IMG/VR virus record: IMGVR_UViG_3300028833_000111
Location: 30,801 to 94,800 of that record
Strand: one strand, 5' to 3'
Source: a virus
Lineage: Duplodnaviria > Caudoviricetes
DNA: 64,000 bases
Shown here piece after piece: positions 1 to 11,200 of this stretch. Numbering within the stretch: position 1 is the first letter of the stretch; every line of letters begins with the position of its first letter. The translations under genes and the position numbers were made by a program. The notes under the pieces were generated by a model that saw nothing but the letters and a program-made list of their open reading frames with translations, was not told where the DNA came from and did not search any database.

Positions 1-2
1 CT

Positions 3-1337
3 GGTAACAGAGGTTATCAAACAGTGTTCTGGAACGTTGGTTATTTTGACAAGAATTATTTTGAAGGCGTGTTCAGTGATTTTAGATTCCCAGACGGAAC
101 AGCACCAATTTGGGAAACATTGTCTTGGTTACAGAAGAAATTTATGAAGTGGTTCAATGAGGAAAGAACAAAGTATGTACTTACATTCCCAGTTGAAACA
201 ATGGCAATGCTCACTGATGGACACGATATAGTTGACAAGGAATATGCAGATTTCACAGCCCAAATGTGGGCAGAGGGACATTCATTCTTCTGTTATCTAA
301 GCGATTCACCAGACTCTTTGAGTTCTTGTTGTAGACTTAGAAACTCTCTTAAAGATACAGAGGACGATGAACATAACCACACAACACACCAATTCTCAAT
401 GGGTACAGCATCAGTGGCGACTGGTTCAAAATCAGTTATGACAATTAACCTCAATAGAGTAATTCAAGATGCAGCAAGAAAGTATTTCAACGAGGTTGAG
501 AACAAGGAAATAGAAAATGGAAAACAGATTGATATTAAGTCTGTAAAGGATAAGAAGACCCTCTACAACTACATTTCTAATGGCATAACAGAAATGACAG
601 AAAGAGTACATAAGTATCAGAGAGCATTTAATGAAATAATTAAAGATTTCCTTAACGCTAATATGCTTGATGTTTATAGAGGTGGTTTCATCAGTATGAA
701 AAAACAATATCTTACAATTGGTGTTAATGGATTGACAGACGCAGCAGAGTTCCTTTCAATTGACGCAAACCTTAACGAAGAATACAAGGAATTTGTGAAT
801 TTAGTTCTTGAAACAATTAATGTTTCAAATAAGAAGGACAGAACAAGAGACTGTATGTACAATACAGAGTTCGTACCAGGTGAGAATCTTTCAAACAAGA
901 ACTACAATTGGGATAAGAAAGATGGATATTTTGTTTCTCCAAAACATATAATGTACAGTAGTTATTTCTTCAACCCAGAAGATACAAAGTTATCAATATT
1001 GGATAAGATGAAGTTACACGGAAATGATTATGTTAAGTACCTTGATGGAGGACAAGCAGCACACCTTAATATAAATGAGCATCTTTCATTTGACCAATAC
1101 AGACAATTATTGAAGGTGGCTTCTGAATATGGATGTAGTTATTTCACATTCAATTGCAGAAACACAGTATGTAACGATTGTGGGCATATAAGTAAAGATA
1201 CACTAGATGTTTGCCCTAAGTGCGGAAGTAAGAATCTTGATTATCTAACAAGAATCATAGGATATTTGAAACGTGTTAGTTCATTTAATGAGCCAAGACA
1301 AGTTGAGGCTGAAATGAGATATTATAATAAGGAATAA
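3..1337 (+). CDS. nrdD: Anaerobic (class III) ribonucleoside-triphosphate reductase, 5'-truncated by the window
   Basis: C-terminal glycyl-radical motif RIIGYL, Zn site CNDC...CPKC, finger loop SCCRL, TIGVNG and PGE motifs; frame is open to the window edge. Confidence 0.95.
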   Translation, partial: GNRGYQTVFWNVGYFDKNYFEGVFSDFRFPDGTAPIWETLSWLQKKFMKWFNEERTKYVLTFPVETMAMLTDGHDIVDKEYADFTAQMWAEGHSFFCYLSDSPDSLSSCCRLRNSLKDTEDDEHNHTTHQFSMGTASVATGSKSVMTINLNRVIQDAARKYFNEVENKEIENGKQIDIKSVKDKKTLYNYISNGITEMTERVHKYQRAFNEIIKDFLNANMLDVYRGGFISMKKQYLTIGVNGLTDAAEFLSIDANLNEEYKEFVNLVLETINVSNKKDRTRDCMYNTEFVPGENLSNKNYNWDKKDGYFVSPKHIMYSSYFFNPEDTKLSILDKMKLHGNDYVKYLDGGQAAHLNINEHLSFDQYRQLLKVASEYGCSYFTFNCRNTVCNDCGHISKDTLDVCPKCGSKNLDYLTRIIGYLKRVSSFNEPRQVEAEMRYYNKE

Positions 1338-1339
1338 GC

Positions 1340-1363
1340 AAAGGGTACAAAAAGTACCCTTTT
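1340..1363 (+). terminator. Intrinsic terminator or processing hairpin after nrdD
   Basis: AAAGGGTAC-AAAAA-GTACCCTTTT. Confidence 0.55.
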
Positions 1364-1373
1364 ATTTACAAAT

Positions 1374-1592
1374 ATGATACAGATTTTTAGAAAAGAAGGC
1401 TGGAAGTTAAACGAAAACGATAAAGTAGTAAATGCCATTTTAAAAAGGTGTGAATTGAATGAAGGGGTTTGCCCTTGTCACCATAACAGTGAAGAGTATG
1501 AAGGAAAAGACTTGCATTGCCCTTGCACTGATTACACAATTAAAAATAACTGCGAATGCGGATTGTATATAAAAGAGGAAAATAAGTTATGA
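1374..1592 (+). CDS. Ferredoxin:thioredoxin reductase catalytic-subunit-like protein
   Basis: CPC...CPC...CECGLY, the CPC/CPC/CxC 4Fe-4S plus disulfide signature of FTR catalytic chains. Confidence 0.85.
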   Translation: MIQIFRKEGWKLNENDKVVNAILKRCELNEGVCPCHHNSEEYEGKDLHCPCTDYTIKNNCECGLYIKEENKL

Positions 1593-1864
1593 TAAAGAAG
1601 GTACTTAAAATGTCAGCCACCTGGTGCGGTCCATGTAGAGCATATCACAATACTTTTGAAAATGTAAGCAAAATAGAAAAGTACAAAGATATTGAATTTA
1701 AGGAATTGGATGCAGAAGAAAACGAAGATGAATTTGTTAAATACAAAATAAGAGCAGTTCCTACTACTATTTTACTAGATGAAAATGACAAAGTGGTTTC
1801 TACCGTAAGTGGAAACATACCACAACAAGCGTTAACTAATTTTATAGATTCTAATAATGGTTAA
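1589..1864 (+). CDS. trxA: Thioredoxin
   Basis: WCGPC active site, cis-Pro motif AVPT, 91 aa. Confidence 0.92.
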   Translation: MIKKVLKMSATWCGPCRAYHNTFENVSKIEKYKDIEFKELDAEENEDEFVKYKIRAVPTTILLDENDKVVSTVSGNIPQQALTNFIDSNNG

Positions 1865-2348
1865 GTATCACGATGCAATGGTGGTATTTGAAGAAATACC
1901 AAACGAAATTACATTAGCCATCAACATAACAAATTGCCCTTGTAAGTGTCCTGGATGCCATTCAAAGTTCTTATGGAGCGATATAGGCACAGAACTTACA
2001 GAGGAAGAACTTGAAAAACTACTTAAAGAAAATGATGGCATAACTTGCGTTTGCTTTATGGGTGGTGATGCCACGCCACAGGAGATATGTGATTTGGCTG
2101 AGAAAACTAAGAAAGCACACGAAAATTTGAAAATAGGATGGTATAGTGGAAGAGATAATTATTATAAAAATATAGATTTCAGTTGGTTCGATTATATTAA
2201 ACTAGGACATTACGATGATGAGCTAGGAGCATTGAATAAGAAGACAACTAATCAGAAATTATACAAACTGACCCACATAAAATTAGATGGTGGGATTAAA
2301 GAGATTGACTTTAAAGACATAACAAGTATGTTTTGGAAAAAGGGCTAG
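1857..2348 (+). CDS. nrdG: Anaerobic RNR activating protein (radical SAM)
   Basis: CPCKCPGCH (CxxxCxxC), FMGGD, YIKLGHY, TNQ motifs; adjacent to nrdD. Confidence 0.92.
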   Translation: MVKYHDAMVVFEEIPNEITLAINITNCPCKCPGCHSKFLWSDIGTELTEEELEKLLKENDGITCVCFMGGDATPQEICDLAEKTKKAHENLKIGWYSGRDNYYKNIDFSWFDYIKLGHYDDELGALNKKTTNQKLYKLTHIKLDGGIKEIDFKDITSMFWKKG

Positions 2349-2365
2349 TGATAGCCCTTTTTTTT
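2340..2365 (+). terminator. Intrinsic terminator
   Basis: AAGGGCTA-GTGA-TAGCCCTT followed by a T-run. Confidence 0.8.
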
Positions 2366-2424
2366 GTTTACATAAACCAGTAAAAAGTTATTTTTTAGAT
2401 AATTATATAGTAAAAATTACTGTA

Positions 2425-2814
2425 ATGGCTAAGAGACAATTCTTTAATATAAAATATCCTTTTACCACTAATGATTATCAGAATTTTTTTGTTGACGTTA
2501 ATATGTCAGAAAAAGATAAGGTTAGAAGTCAGATAATGCATGTGGTATTCACACCTAAAGGACAGAGAATAAGAAATCCAGAGTTTGGAACTGACCTTAT
2601 TAAATATATTTTCAGTCCAAATGATAAAGAGGCATGGGAAGGTGTTAAAAATGAGATAATTACAGCAGTACAAAGATATGTGCCAGGGTGCGTTATGAAT
2701 AACGTTAGAGTGGTTCAAAGCGATGATGAGAGGGCAGAGATATTTGTTAGAATGGATTATTCTGTAAAACAAGGAAATAAAATAACAAATGACAGTATAA
2801 TAACACAATTATAA
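2425..2814 (+). CDS. Baseplate wedge subunit, gp25/gpW-like
   Basis: TPKGQRIRNPEFGTDL motif, 129 aa, precedes a gp6-like gene. Confidence 0.85.
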   Translation: MAKRQFFNIKYPFTTNDYQNFFVDVNMSEKDKVRSQIMHVVFTPKGQRIRNPEFGTDLIKYIFSPNDKEAWEGVKNEIITAVQRYVPGCVMNNVRVVQSDDERAEIFVRMDYSVKQGNKITNDSIITQL

Positions 2815-4832
2815 TGGAAAAAAAGATAAATTTTTTATCAAGGACATTTGATGATTATAAATCAGAGTTAATAAGTTTTAGTAATAAATATTATCCTGAA
2901 TTAGCAGACAGTTATAATGACTCAAGCGTTGGTGCTTGGTTCATTGAACTTGTTGCAGCAGTAAGTGATAACTTGTCGTATCATATAGATAGAATGTACC
3001 AAGAAACTAATGTTAATAGTGCTAAATTAAAAAGTACTGTTCTTAACATTGCAAGGTCAAATGGTTTAAATGTTCCTGGTCCAAAGGCAAGTATGTGTGA
3101 AGTGAAATTATCTTGTACTTTGCCTGTTGGTGATGATGATTCTGGAAGTATATCACATCCTAATTGGTCTTTTGCACCTATAGTTAAAAAGAGTACTATA
3201 GTATCTGCTGGTAATCTCAACTTCCAACTTTATGAAGATGTTGATTTTGGCGAACAATTTAATAAAGACGGATATTCAAATAGAACTTTTTCTCCATTAA
3301 AAGATAGTAATGGAGTAATAACAGCATATACAGTGTCAAAAACCACTTTGGCAATAAATGGTAGCACAAGAATATATAAGAAGGTTATTCTTAAACAAGA
3401 CTTGAAGCCATTTATGGAAATTATTCTTCCTGAGAAAAATGTCATGAATATTGAGTCAATAATTTTTAAAGAAACATCAAACTTTAATAAAGACCCTGAG
3501 CTTCAAGAATTTTATATAGACTCAGAACAATATAAAATGACAGAAGAAGCAGCAGAAACATTCAGATTTTTTGAAGTTGACTCATTAGCTGAGCAGTATA
3601 GATTTGCCACTGAAACAAAAATAGATAATGGAGTTTTAAAAGATTATTTTAATCCTGAATTATATGATGATTATACTGAAAGTGGCGATGATGATAGTGG
3701 TACTACGAGAACAACTAGATATTATAGAGGCAAATGGAAGCCAATAACTCAGAAATTTATTACTGAATATACAGATAATGGATATATGAAGATTATCTTT
3801 GGTAGTGGAGTTCTTTATGATGAATTGCCAGAAGTTAAGGAAAAATTTTCTGAAAGAATGTTGTCACAAATCATTAACAATGATATGTTAGGTGTTTTAC
3901 CTAGAGAAGGATGGACGATGTTTATACTTTATAGAGTTGGCGGCGGCATATCAAGTAATGTAGGAGAAGGTGCTATTAATTCTATTACTCTTACTGTAGC
4001 AGAATTTAAACAGAGAGTATCAAATGATGAAAATGCAGCATCAATAAGAGGACAAGTATTAAATTCATTATCAGTTACTAATACAAGCCCAGCTGTAGCA
4101 GGTAAAGATGCCCCAACAACAGAAGAAATAAAATACTTAACAAAATATAATAATTCTTCACAAGAAAGATGCGTTACAGTTAAGGATTATAAATACAGAC
4201 TGATGATGATGCCTCCTAAGTATGGAGCACCTTATAGAGCTGCTGTTATCGAAGAAAACAATAAGATAAACATTAGTATGCTAGGCCTTAATGCAGATGG
4301 GAGATTATCAAAAGCGTTACCTGAAACGTTAGTTGAAAACATAGAAGAATATTTGTCTCATTATAAGACTATAAGTGATTATATTGAAGGAAAAAGCGGA
4401 AGAATATACAATATAGGTTTCTCTATTGATTTATTTGTAAGTAAAACTTATGATAACCCTACGGTATTAACAAACGTTATTGAGAAGATAAAAGATTATA
4501 TGTCTGTTGAAAAGCATGATATGGGAGAAGATATATTCTTAGGAGACCTTGAAAAAGAAATAATGTTGGTTGATGGAGTTATATCAATAATTAATTTTGA
4601 AGTGTATAGTCTTTATAATGGTAAATATAGTTCTGACAGGTGCCCTTATCCTGAAGCAGATTTAACTGGCACTTGCGCTACAAAAGTTTCAAACGTATTT
4701 AAAATTGATGATGCTGCTGATTCTTTCAAAATAGATTTAGATGCTATAGACCATGTATTATATTCTGATTATAATAGTATGTTTGAAATATATTCTGATT
4801 CTGACATACAACTTAGGTCAAAATTAATTTAA
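2814..4832 (+). CDS. Baseplate wedge subunit, T4 gp6/baseplate J-like
   Basis: N-terminal RTFDDYK...; IIFGSG, YRVGGG...N and AGKD...EEIK...ERCVTVKDY motifs. Confidence 0.85.
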   Translation: MEKKINFLSRTFDDYKSELISFSNKYYPELADSYNDSSVGAWFIELVAAVSDNLSYHIDRMYQETNVNSAKLKSTVLNIARSNGLNVPGPKASMCEVKLSCTLPVGDDDSGSISHPNWSFAPIVKKSTIVSAGNLNFQLYEDVDFGEQFNKDGYSNRTFSPLKDSNGVITAYTVSKTTLAINGSTRIYKKVILKQDLKPFMEIILPEKNVMNIESIIFKETSNFNKDPELQEFYIDSEQYKMTEEAAETFRFFEVDSLAEQYRFATETKIDNGVLKDYFNPELYDDYTESGDDDSGTTRTTRYYRGKWKPITQKFITEYTDNGYMKIIFGSGVLYDELPEVKEKFSERMLSQIINNDMLGVLPREGWTMFILYRVGGGISSNVGEGAINSITLTVAEFKQRVSNDENAASIRGQVLNSLSVTNTSPAVAGKDAPTTEEIKYLTKYNNSSQERCVTVKDYKYRLMMMPPKYGAPYRAAVIEENNKINISMLGLNADGRLSKALPETLVENIEEYLSHYKTISDYIEGKSGRIYNIGFSIDLFVSKTYDNPTVLTNVIEKIKDYMSVEKHDMGEDIFLGDLEKEIMLVDGVISIINFEVYSLYNGKYSSDRCPYPEADLTGTCATKVSNVFKIDDAADSFKIDLDAIDHVLYSDYNSMFEIYSDSDIQLRSKLI

Positions 4833-4837
4833 ATGCT

Positions 4838-5068
4838 ATGAATAATTGTAATTGTAAAAAAATAAATAATTTTAATGAATTTGGGAGTGCTATAAGCGAA
4901 ACAATGGAAAGGAAAAAATTAAGCGTATGGGAAAAAACAAAAGTATGCTGGACGTTTTTCCTTTTCTATTTTCTATTTACCACTTCTTCTATAAAAAATT
5001 TTATGCTTAATGATAAATTAGAGCCTAAGATACCTTCTTGGTTTTATAAAAAAATTAAACAGCATTAA
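4838..5068 (+). CDS. Small hypothetical protein with hydrophobic segment
   Basis: 76-aa ORF translationally coupled in the baseplate operon; CNC near the N-terminus. Confidence 0.55.
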   Translation: MNNCNCKKINNFNEFGSAISETMERKKLSVWEKTKVCWTFFLFYFLFTTSSIKNFMLNDKLEPKIPSWFYKKIKQH

Positions 5069-8000
5069 TGGAACAAAGTTACAGAATAAAAGCAAATGTT
5101 GGCAAAGACCAAGTTTTAAATGTAAATTTAAAACAAGATATTGATATATATGAAATATTGTCTCTTAAATTAAATCAAGAGAACATTTATAAGTTATACC
5201 CTGACGGCAATAAAAATAGTTCTATGAATGGAGTTATTGTTGGTAGGGTTCTTGCTAATGAAGCATTTGGAGTTCCAAACGTTAAGGTAACTGTGTTTAT
5301 ACCAATTTCTGATGTTGACGCTTTAAGACAAGATATAAGAGCAATTTATCCTTATAACTCAGTTACTGATGCTAATAGTGAAAATGTAAAATTTAACACG
5401 TTACCAAATTATAAAAAATTTGAAAAACATCAAGAAGTTGGTTCATTCCCTAAAAAGCAGCTTGTATTGGATGAAGATTCAGTTTTGGAAGTATATGACA
5501 AATATTACAAATTCACAACAGTCACAAATAAAGCAGGTGATTACATGATATTTGGTATACCTACAGGCGAACAGATAATTCATGTTGATGTTGATTTATC
5601 TGATATTGGCGTTTTATCTCAAGAGCCAAGAGATTTTATATATAAGGGATATTCAAGAGACCTATTTGAAAGCCCTACTCAGTTTAAAAAGAGTACAAAT
5701 TTAGATAGTTTACCACAAATACAAAATCAAACAGCTACAGTTACTGTTTATCCATTATGGGGAGATAAAAATGCAGGAGAAATAGCAATAACAAGAAAAG
5801 ATATAAATTTGCAATATACATTTGAGCCTACTTGTGTTTTTATTGGCTCTGTTATTACAGATAACAATCCAAATACAGTTAGTTATAATTGTATTCCAGA
5901 TAGAAATGTAGGAGAAGCAGGGCAAATGTCTGCAAGTAAGGGTAATATAGAAATGATAAGAAAAACCGTCAATGATACAGTTGAAGAATATAAAGTTAAA
6001 GGAACTGAGTTAATTGATGGCGATGGAGTATGGTGTTATCAAATACCTATGAATCTTGATTATGTAGGAATGGATGAAATAGGAAATATTATAGCAACAG
6101 ATAACCCAAAAAAAGGTATACCCACTAGGTCAAGAGTCAGATTTAGAGTAACAATTGATGAAAAAGGTAATGATGGTTCATCAAGACATAGGGCTAAATA
6201 TCTAATCCCTAACAATCCTTACATTTATGATGATTTATTAATACCTGCCGTAGAAAAAGACGTTCTTGATACTGATGCAATGTATGAATTCGGTTCAAAA
6301 ACCCCTGAATCTTGTTTTAGAGATTTGTATTGGAATAAAGTATATTCAGTAAAGAATTATATCCCAAGAATACAGATGTCTAAAATAGAAAAATCAGAAA
6401 ATTATATTGCAATTAAAGGGGTTAATAAAAAAGACGCTAGAAATAATAACCCTATACCATATAATAAGATGAACCTTAATTTTAATGTTTCTTCTTTTTA
6501 TCTTACAAGAGCTATAAGTGATAATAACAATATTATTTCAGAATTTTGGGATTATATTAAATCATATTCTAATACGTTTACTAACGATAATATGAGGGAT
6601 GAAATTATAGAAGAAACAGATGCTGTAGGACTTGACTTTTACAATGATTGGTTAAATGGGTGCTTATATTTTCCTTCTTGGCATTGGAGAGTTAAACAAA
6701 AGAAATTAGAAATGAAAGGCAACGAAAACAATTATGATAATGATTTTTGTGAATGCACAAATAATGATGACAAGCAAAAAGCAAGCACTTTATATCTTTA
6801 TAATAATTGTTCTTTGGTTTATGAAAATAACGATATGGTAATAATGACAGGAGGATGGCTAGGAGATGACATAGGAGATAAAATATACAGAAACACTATT
6901 TTTGAAAAAATGTTTACCTCGATACCTTTTGGTAGTAAAAATTTTTATAGTGGAATAATAAAAAAAGTCACAAATAAAGACGGATTAGATGTATTTTATT
7001 ATTCTTTTGGAAATAAACTTGGAAGTTCAAAGCCATCAACAATAACTGATAATGGACATGAATTATATGAGTATGCTAGGCTATTTTCAACAGATTTAAT
7101 ACTTCTTGGAAGTTTAAAAGATTGTGATATTGATGGCGTGCCAAAAATAGTAAATAATTTGCCTTCTACAACGTCAAATATACCTCCATATGGAAGATAT
7201 ATTAAGAATGAAGGAGAAGTAAGCCAAGAAAATAGAGAACAAACAGATTATTCTTATAATGGAATGAATTGGGATGAAACAAGAGATAGTGGAGGCATAA
7301 AATTTGGAGCAGGATTATTTTTTGGCATGACAAAAAAAAGATGGAAGAAAAAAATAAATAAAATTTTAAGGCCATACAGCGACATAAAAACGTGTATTAA
7401 TCTTGAAAGAATAAGCGAATTAGGAACTAATTTGGATGCTGATTATTTAATGATGGTAACAGATTCTGATGGAAATCTTTCAGTTGCTAATGGCGCTAGT
7501 GGATTGATTGATGGCCTTATAACAGAAAAAGAATTAGAAGGTATTGATTTAAGAGCATGGTTTGCAACATTAAATTTCAATAAACTTGTTGGAGTTAAAG
7601 AAAATACAACTACAGGCTATAAAACGTATCTTTTAACTTATTTTTATCCAACTAATTTTGATGGTAGGTTAGGTGATAAAATTGATAGATATAATAAAGC
7701 CGACTCAATAGCTGGTGATTATACTTTTAAACTTACAAAAGACGATAAAAATAGAGATTATCTTGATTTTAGATTTGGCTCTACGTCAGGTAATGTTACC
7801 ATTGAAACAGAAAAAAACACAGATGTGTTTACTGAAAATAATTCTGACATAAATGGAATAAATAACAATAATAATGAACCGCGTGGAGGAAAAAGAGCAA
7901 GAACAAGAGGTGGCACAATTGATAGAGAAGGAGGAAGCCGCGTCAATATGGGTGACGTAGGTGGAGGTGGTACTTCTACCAATTATACTGTCGGAGAAGG

Positions 8001-8214
8001 TTCAGTTACATATACTGTTAACATTGGAAAGTCAAACAGACATTTCTATGGATATAAATTAACTGATAACGTTACACCTTTAATAGAAAATACTTGGAAT
8101 TTTACTAATTACCCTTATGCGTTTCCTTTGTATAATAATTCATTCTATTTTTATTTTGGAATTAACCAAGGTAGTACTGCTATAGATAAATTTTATGAAA
8201 ACTTTTATTCTTAA
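5068..8214 (+). CDS. Large baseplate/tail-region protein with N-terminal carboxypeptidase-regulatory-like beta domain
   Basis: 1048 aa; GRV...GVPNVKV...TNKAGDYMIFGIP pattern; operon context. Confidence 0.65.
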   Translation: MEQSYRIKANVGKDQVLNVNLKQDIDIYEILSLKLNQENIYKLYPDGNKNSSMNGVIVGRVLANEAFGVPNVKVTVFIPISDVDALRQDIRAIYPYNSVTDANSENVKFNTLPNYKKFEKHQEVGSFPKKQLVLDEDSVLEVYDKYYKFTTVTNKAGDYMIFGIPTGEQIIHVDVDLSDIGVLSQEPRDFIYKGYSRDLFESPTQFKKSTNLDSLPQIQNQTATVTVYPLWGDKNAGEIAITRKDINLQYTFEPTCVFIGSVITDNNPNTVSYNCIPDRNVGEAGQMSASKGNIEMIRKTVNDTVEEYKVKGTELIDGDGVWCYQIPMNLDYVGMDEIGNIIATDNPKKGIPTRSRVRFRVTIDEKGNDGSSRHRAKYLIPNNPYIYDDLLIPAVEKDVLDTDAMYEFGSKTPESCFRDLYWNKVYSVKNYIPRIQMSKIEKSENYIAIKGVNKKDARNNNPIPYNKMNLNFNVSSFYLTRAISDNNNIISEFWDYIKSYSNTFTNDNMRDEIIEETDAVGLDFYNDWLNGCLYFPSWHWRVKQKKLEMKGNENNYDNDFCECTNNDDKQKASTLYLYNNCSLVYENNDMVIMTGGWLGDDIGDKIYRNTIFEKMFTSIPFGSKNFYSGIIKKVTNKDGLDVFYYSFGNKLGSSKPSTITDNGHELYEYARLFSTDLILLGSLKDCDIDGVPKIVNNLPSTTSNIPPYGRYIKNEGEVSQENREQTDYSYNGMNWDETRDSGGIKFGAGLFFGMTKKRWKKKINKILRPYSDIKTCINLERISELGTNLDADYLMMVTDSDGNLSVANGASGLIDGLITEKELEGIDLRAWFATLNFNKLVGVKENTTTGYKTYLLTYFYPTNFDGRLGDKIDRYNKADSIAGDYTFKLTKDDKNRDYLDFRFGSTSGNVTIETEKNTDVFTENNSDINGINNNNNEPRGGKRARTRGGTIDREGGSRVNMGDVGGGGTSTNYTVGEGSVTYTVNIGKSNRHFYGYKLTDNVTPLIENTWNFTNYPYAFPLYNNSFYFYFGINQGSTAIDKFYENFYS

Positions 8215-8216
8215 AA

Positions 8217-11200
8217 ATGGAAACAACTAATAAAATATTACTTAATAGTTCAGTAAATAGGAAAAATGTTAATGAAAACATGTCATTAAATGTAAATCTC
8301 TATGGTAATAGGAAATTATTACCTGAAGATAGCATTAATGATTCATTAGATTCATACAATGTTTTTTTAGATGAAAGAAAATCAAGCAATAAGTTTAGGC
8401 TGATTTTAACAATCTATCCTTATTGTTCTAATGTTTTATTTAATCCATTTACTGAAATAGTTAAATATGAAGGAAGTAAAGATGTTAAAGTGCTTAATTA
8501 TGAAAGCCCAATGACTACATCGCAGCTCGAATCATATATAGGTAATCCTGGTTGTATAATAGGAAAAAAGCATGATACAAGTTTTAAATGGAATGTAACT
8601 CAGAGAAGAGAAAAATCAGTACCATCTAATTATGAGGCAATTAGAGATACACAACTATCTAATGCTAATTGTGGATTTGACTATCATTGCGGTATTGATA
8701 TTTTTAATAACCATATAATGAGGAAAAAAACATTTAAAGCAGTTAACTATAATGAAAATAATTCTCCAAAAAGCGTTGGTAACTTTGGAGAAGCTTATAA
8801 AAACGGAAATTATAGAGATGTGCTGGTTAATGAACTAGGAATTCCTCATGTTTATATTGATGGAGATTTTAACACAATTGATGATTATATGAGGGATAGG
8901 GATGGACATATAGTATCTCAGCATTTCCCAAAAATAATGGAAGGTGGCTTTTCTCATCAGAGAACAAGAATTCCAGATGGTACTGAAGCCATAATTGAAA
9001 GAACTATTTTCCCTCTTCATCTTTACCAAGGGTATGACATTTTTTCTTTTAATGAAGCTATAAAAGAAAGATTATTAGACGATAATGGATGGTATGGGTT
9101 TTCAAACCAATCAACCACTAATACTATAAAACTTATTGATACTGATAATGGAGGAAGTATCAGCGCAGTAGGTGATGAATCAGATATAAATAAAACAATT
9201 AATAATAGAATTTATTGCGATTATATAGATTTATATCCTGGTAGAAATTTGTTTTCATTTACTCCAATATATAATAGCTTTAGAAAAAGGCTTGAAAAAA
9301 ATTGGAACTATTGTTTAACATACCCAAGCGAAAGTATAACAAGTATTCCAGGTGGAGGAGAATTTCCATTTTTTAGAACAGATTCAAATGGTAATATTTC
9401 TTTAAAAGTTTATATGTTTGATGAAGGAACAAAAGATGACGATGAGACAGATTTATTAACTGTTTATTCCGTTTGTCAACATGGTTTAAAAGAAGGAGAT
9501 ACTGTTAATATATATAAAGGCAATGAGTTATTTTACGAATCAACTGAAGTATACAAAATAGTAGATAAATACGTTTTCCAAGTCATAAAAGATTCTGGAA
9601 ACATGTCAGATATGTGGGTTGAAGTTGAAGATAGAACAGCACAAGGAACTAGAATTGCTAACCCTGTTGGAGCTAATGATTATATTTCAGGAAAAACAAG
9701 TGGAGGTGTTTATGTTACTAATGGCAAAAGATACCCCATTTGTGAAAGTAATAGGTGTAATATAGACCCTAACGCGCAAGATATTCATTTTAGAAGGGTA
9801 GTCAATGATGTTGAATGTGAATATTACGTTAGAAAATTTTCAAGATTACCTAATTTTAAATTTAAAGATGAAGAAGTAAACGAATACTCATTATATGATG
9901 ATAAATATAAGGAAAAAGTAGGTACAAATAGAAGGAAAAATGAGAATAGAATACCTTTAATAAAAAGGTTTTCAAATCCTACAGACAGCAATAGCGACTT
10001 TGAAAATCACATATCAAAAGTAGGTTTTTCAAATACTGCATATAATGATGATGTTACACAAATTGTTTACACTGATGATATAGATATTTCATACCTAAAA
10101 GACAATTTAGGCAGGCCTTTAAGCGACATATTTCTTACTATTGTTAAAAATAACAAAGGATATAGAGAGTGGTATGGTATAGGCAAAAGTTTACAGCCAG
10201 AAAGCGATTTAGTAGAATATTCGCATTGTTTTGGAAAGGTAAATTCAAGTTTCCTTTTATCTGATTATTTTAGAGAAAATGTAGACAATTCTTTAGCAAT
10301 TCAAGATGTAAGAGATATAACAGCCACGAATAAAAAGGGTATTAAAATGTTTACGTCTACTAATAATGTTTCAGGCGATATTGTTAAAACAAATTCGTTT
10401 AATGATGCAGATGAAATAGATTTTGACAATACTTGGAGCTATTATGGAGATATATGTTGTTATTCTCCATTAGATTGCGATGAACAAATAATACAGACAT
10501 CTATGAATAGATTCAATACTGTTCAAAGAGAACTTTTTAATCTTAATGGAAAGGCATTGGAATACTATAATAAAGGCGTTATTGTATATGATGAAATAAA
10601 AGATACTGAGCACAATTTAATTTATTCTAACTCTGGTGGAGGAGACCCTTATAATTTATTTAAAGACAGAACATTAAAGCACACTAAACAGGTGGCTGTT
10701 GGAAATTCTTTGAATAATCTAATGACAGCAGAAGAAGGATATTATTATCAAGCACATTATAGAATACCTTTGAAGACTGTTTCTAAATCAGTAAAAAGTG
10801 ATAAGGCAATAGAATATGAAATTGAAGATGTAAAAAATACAGAAAAAAGCATAGGAGGAAGAAAAATATTTGAATTCAAAACAAAATATGAAAATGATTT
10901 TGTAAGAAATGATAAATCTGTGCTTTATAAGCGTTCAACAAATGAATATTTCTATTTGTCTGTTTATGAAATTTCATCATCTACAAGATTTACTTGTGTT
11001 ATTAATGATGAAGATTTTAAAACAGTATCATCAATACAAGGGTTATTAAATAAAGATAATATAGATGATTATGTCATTATCAAAAAAAGTGAAGGAGTTC
11101 CTTCTTATGCCAGACTTGTAAAAGATGGTTCTTGCAGATATTATTGGAGAGAAATACTTTCAAATGGTATAGAAGATGACTCTAAGGTTTATCCATTTAC

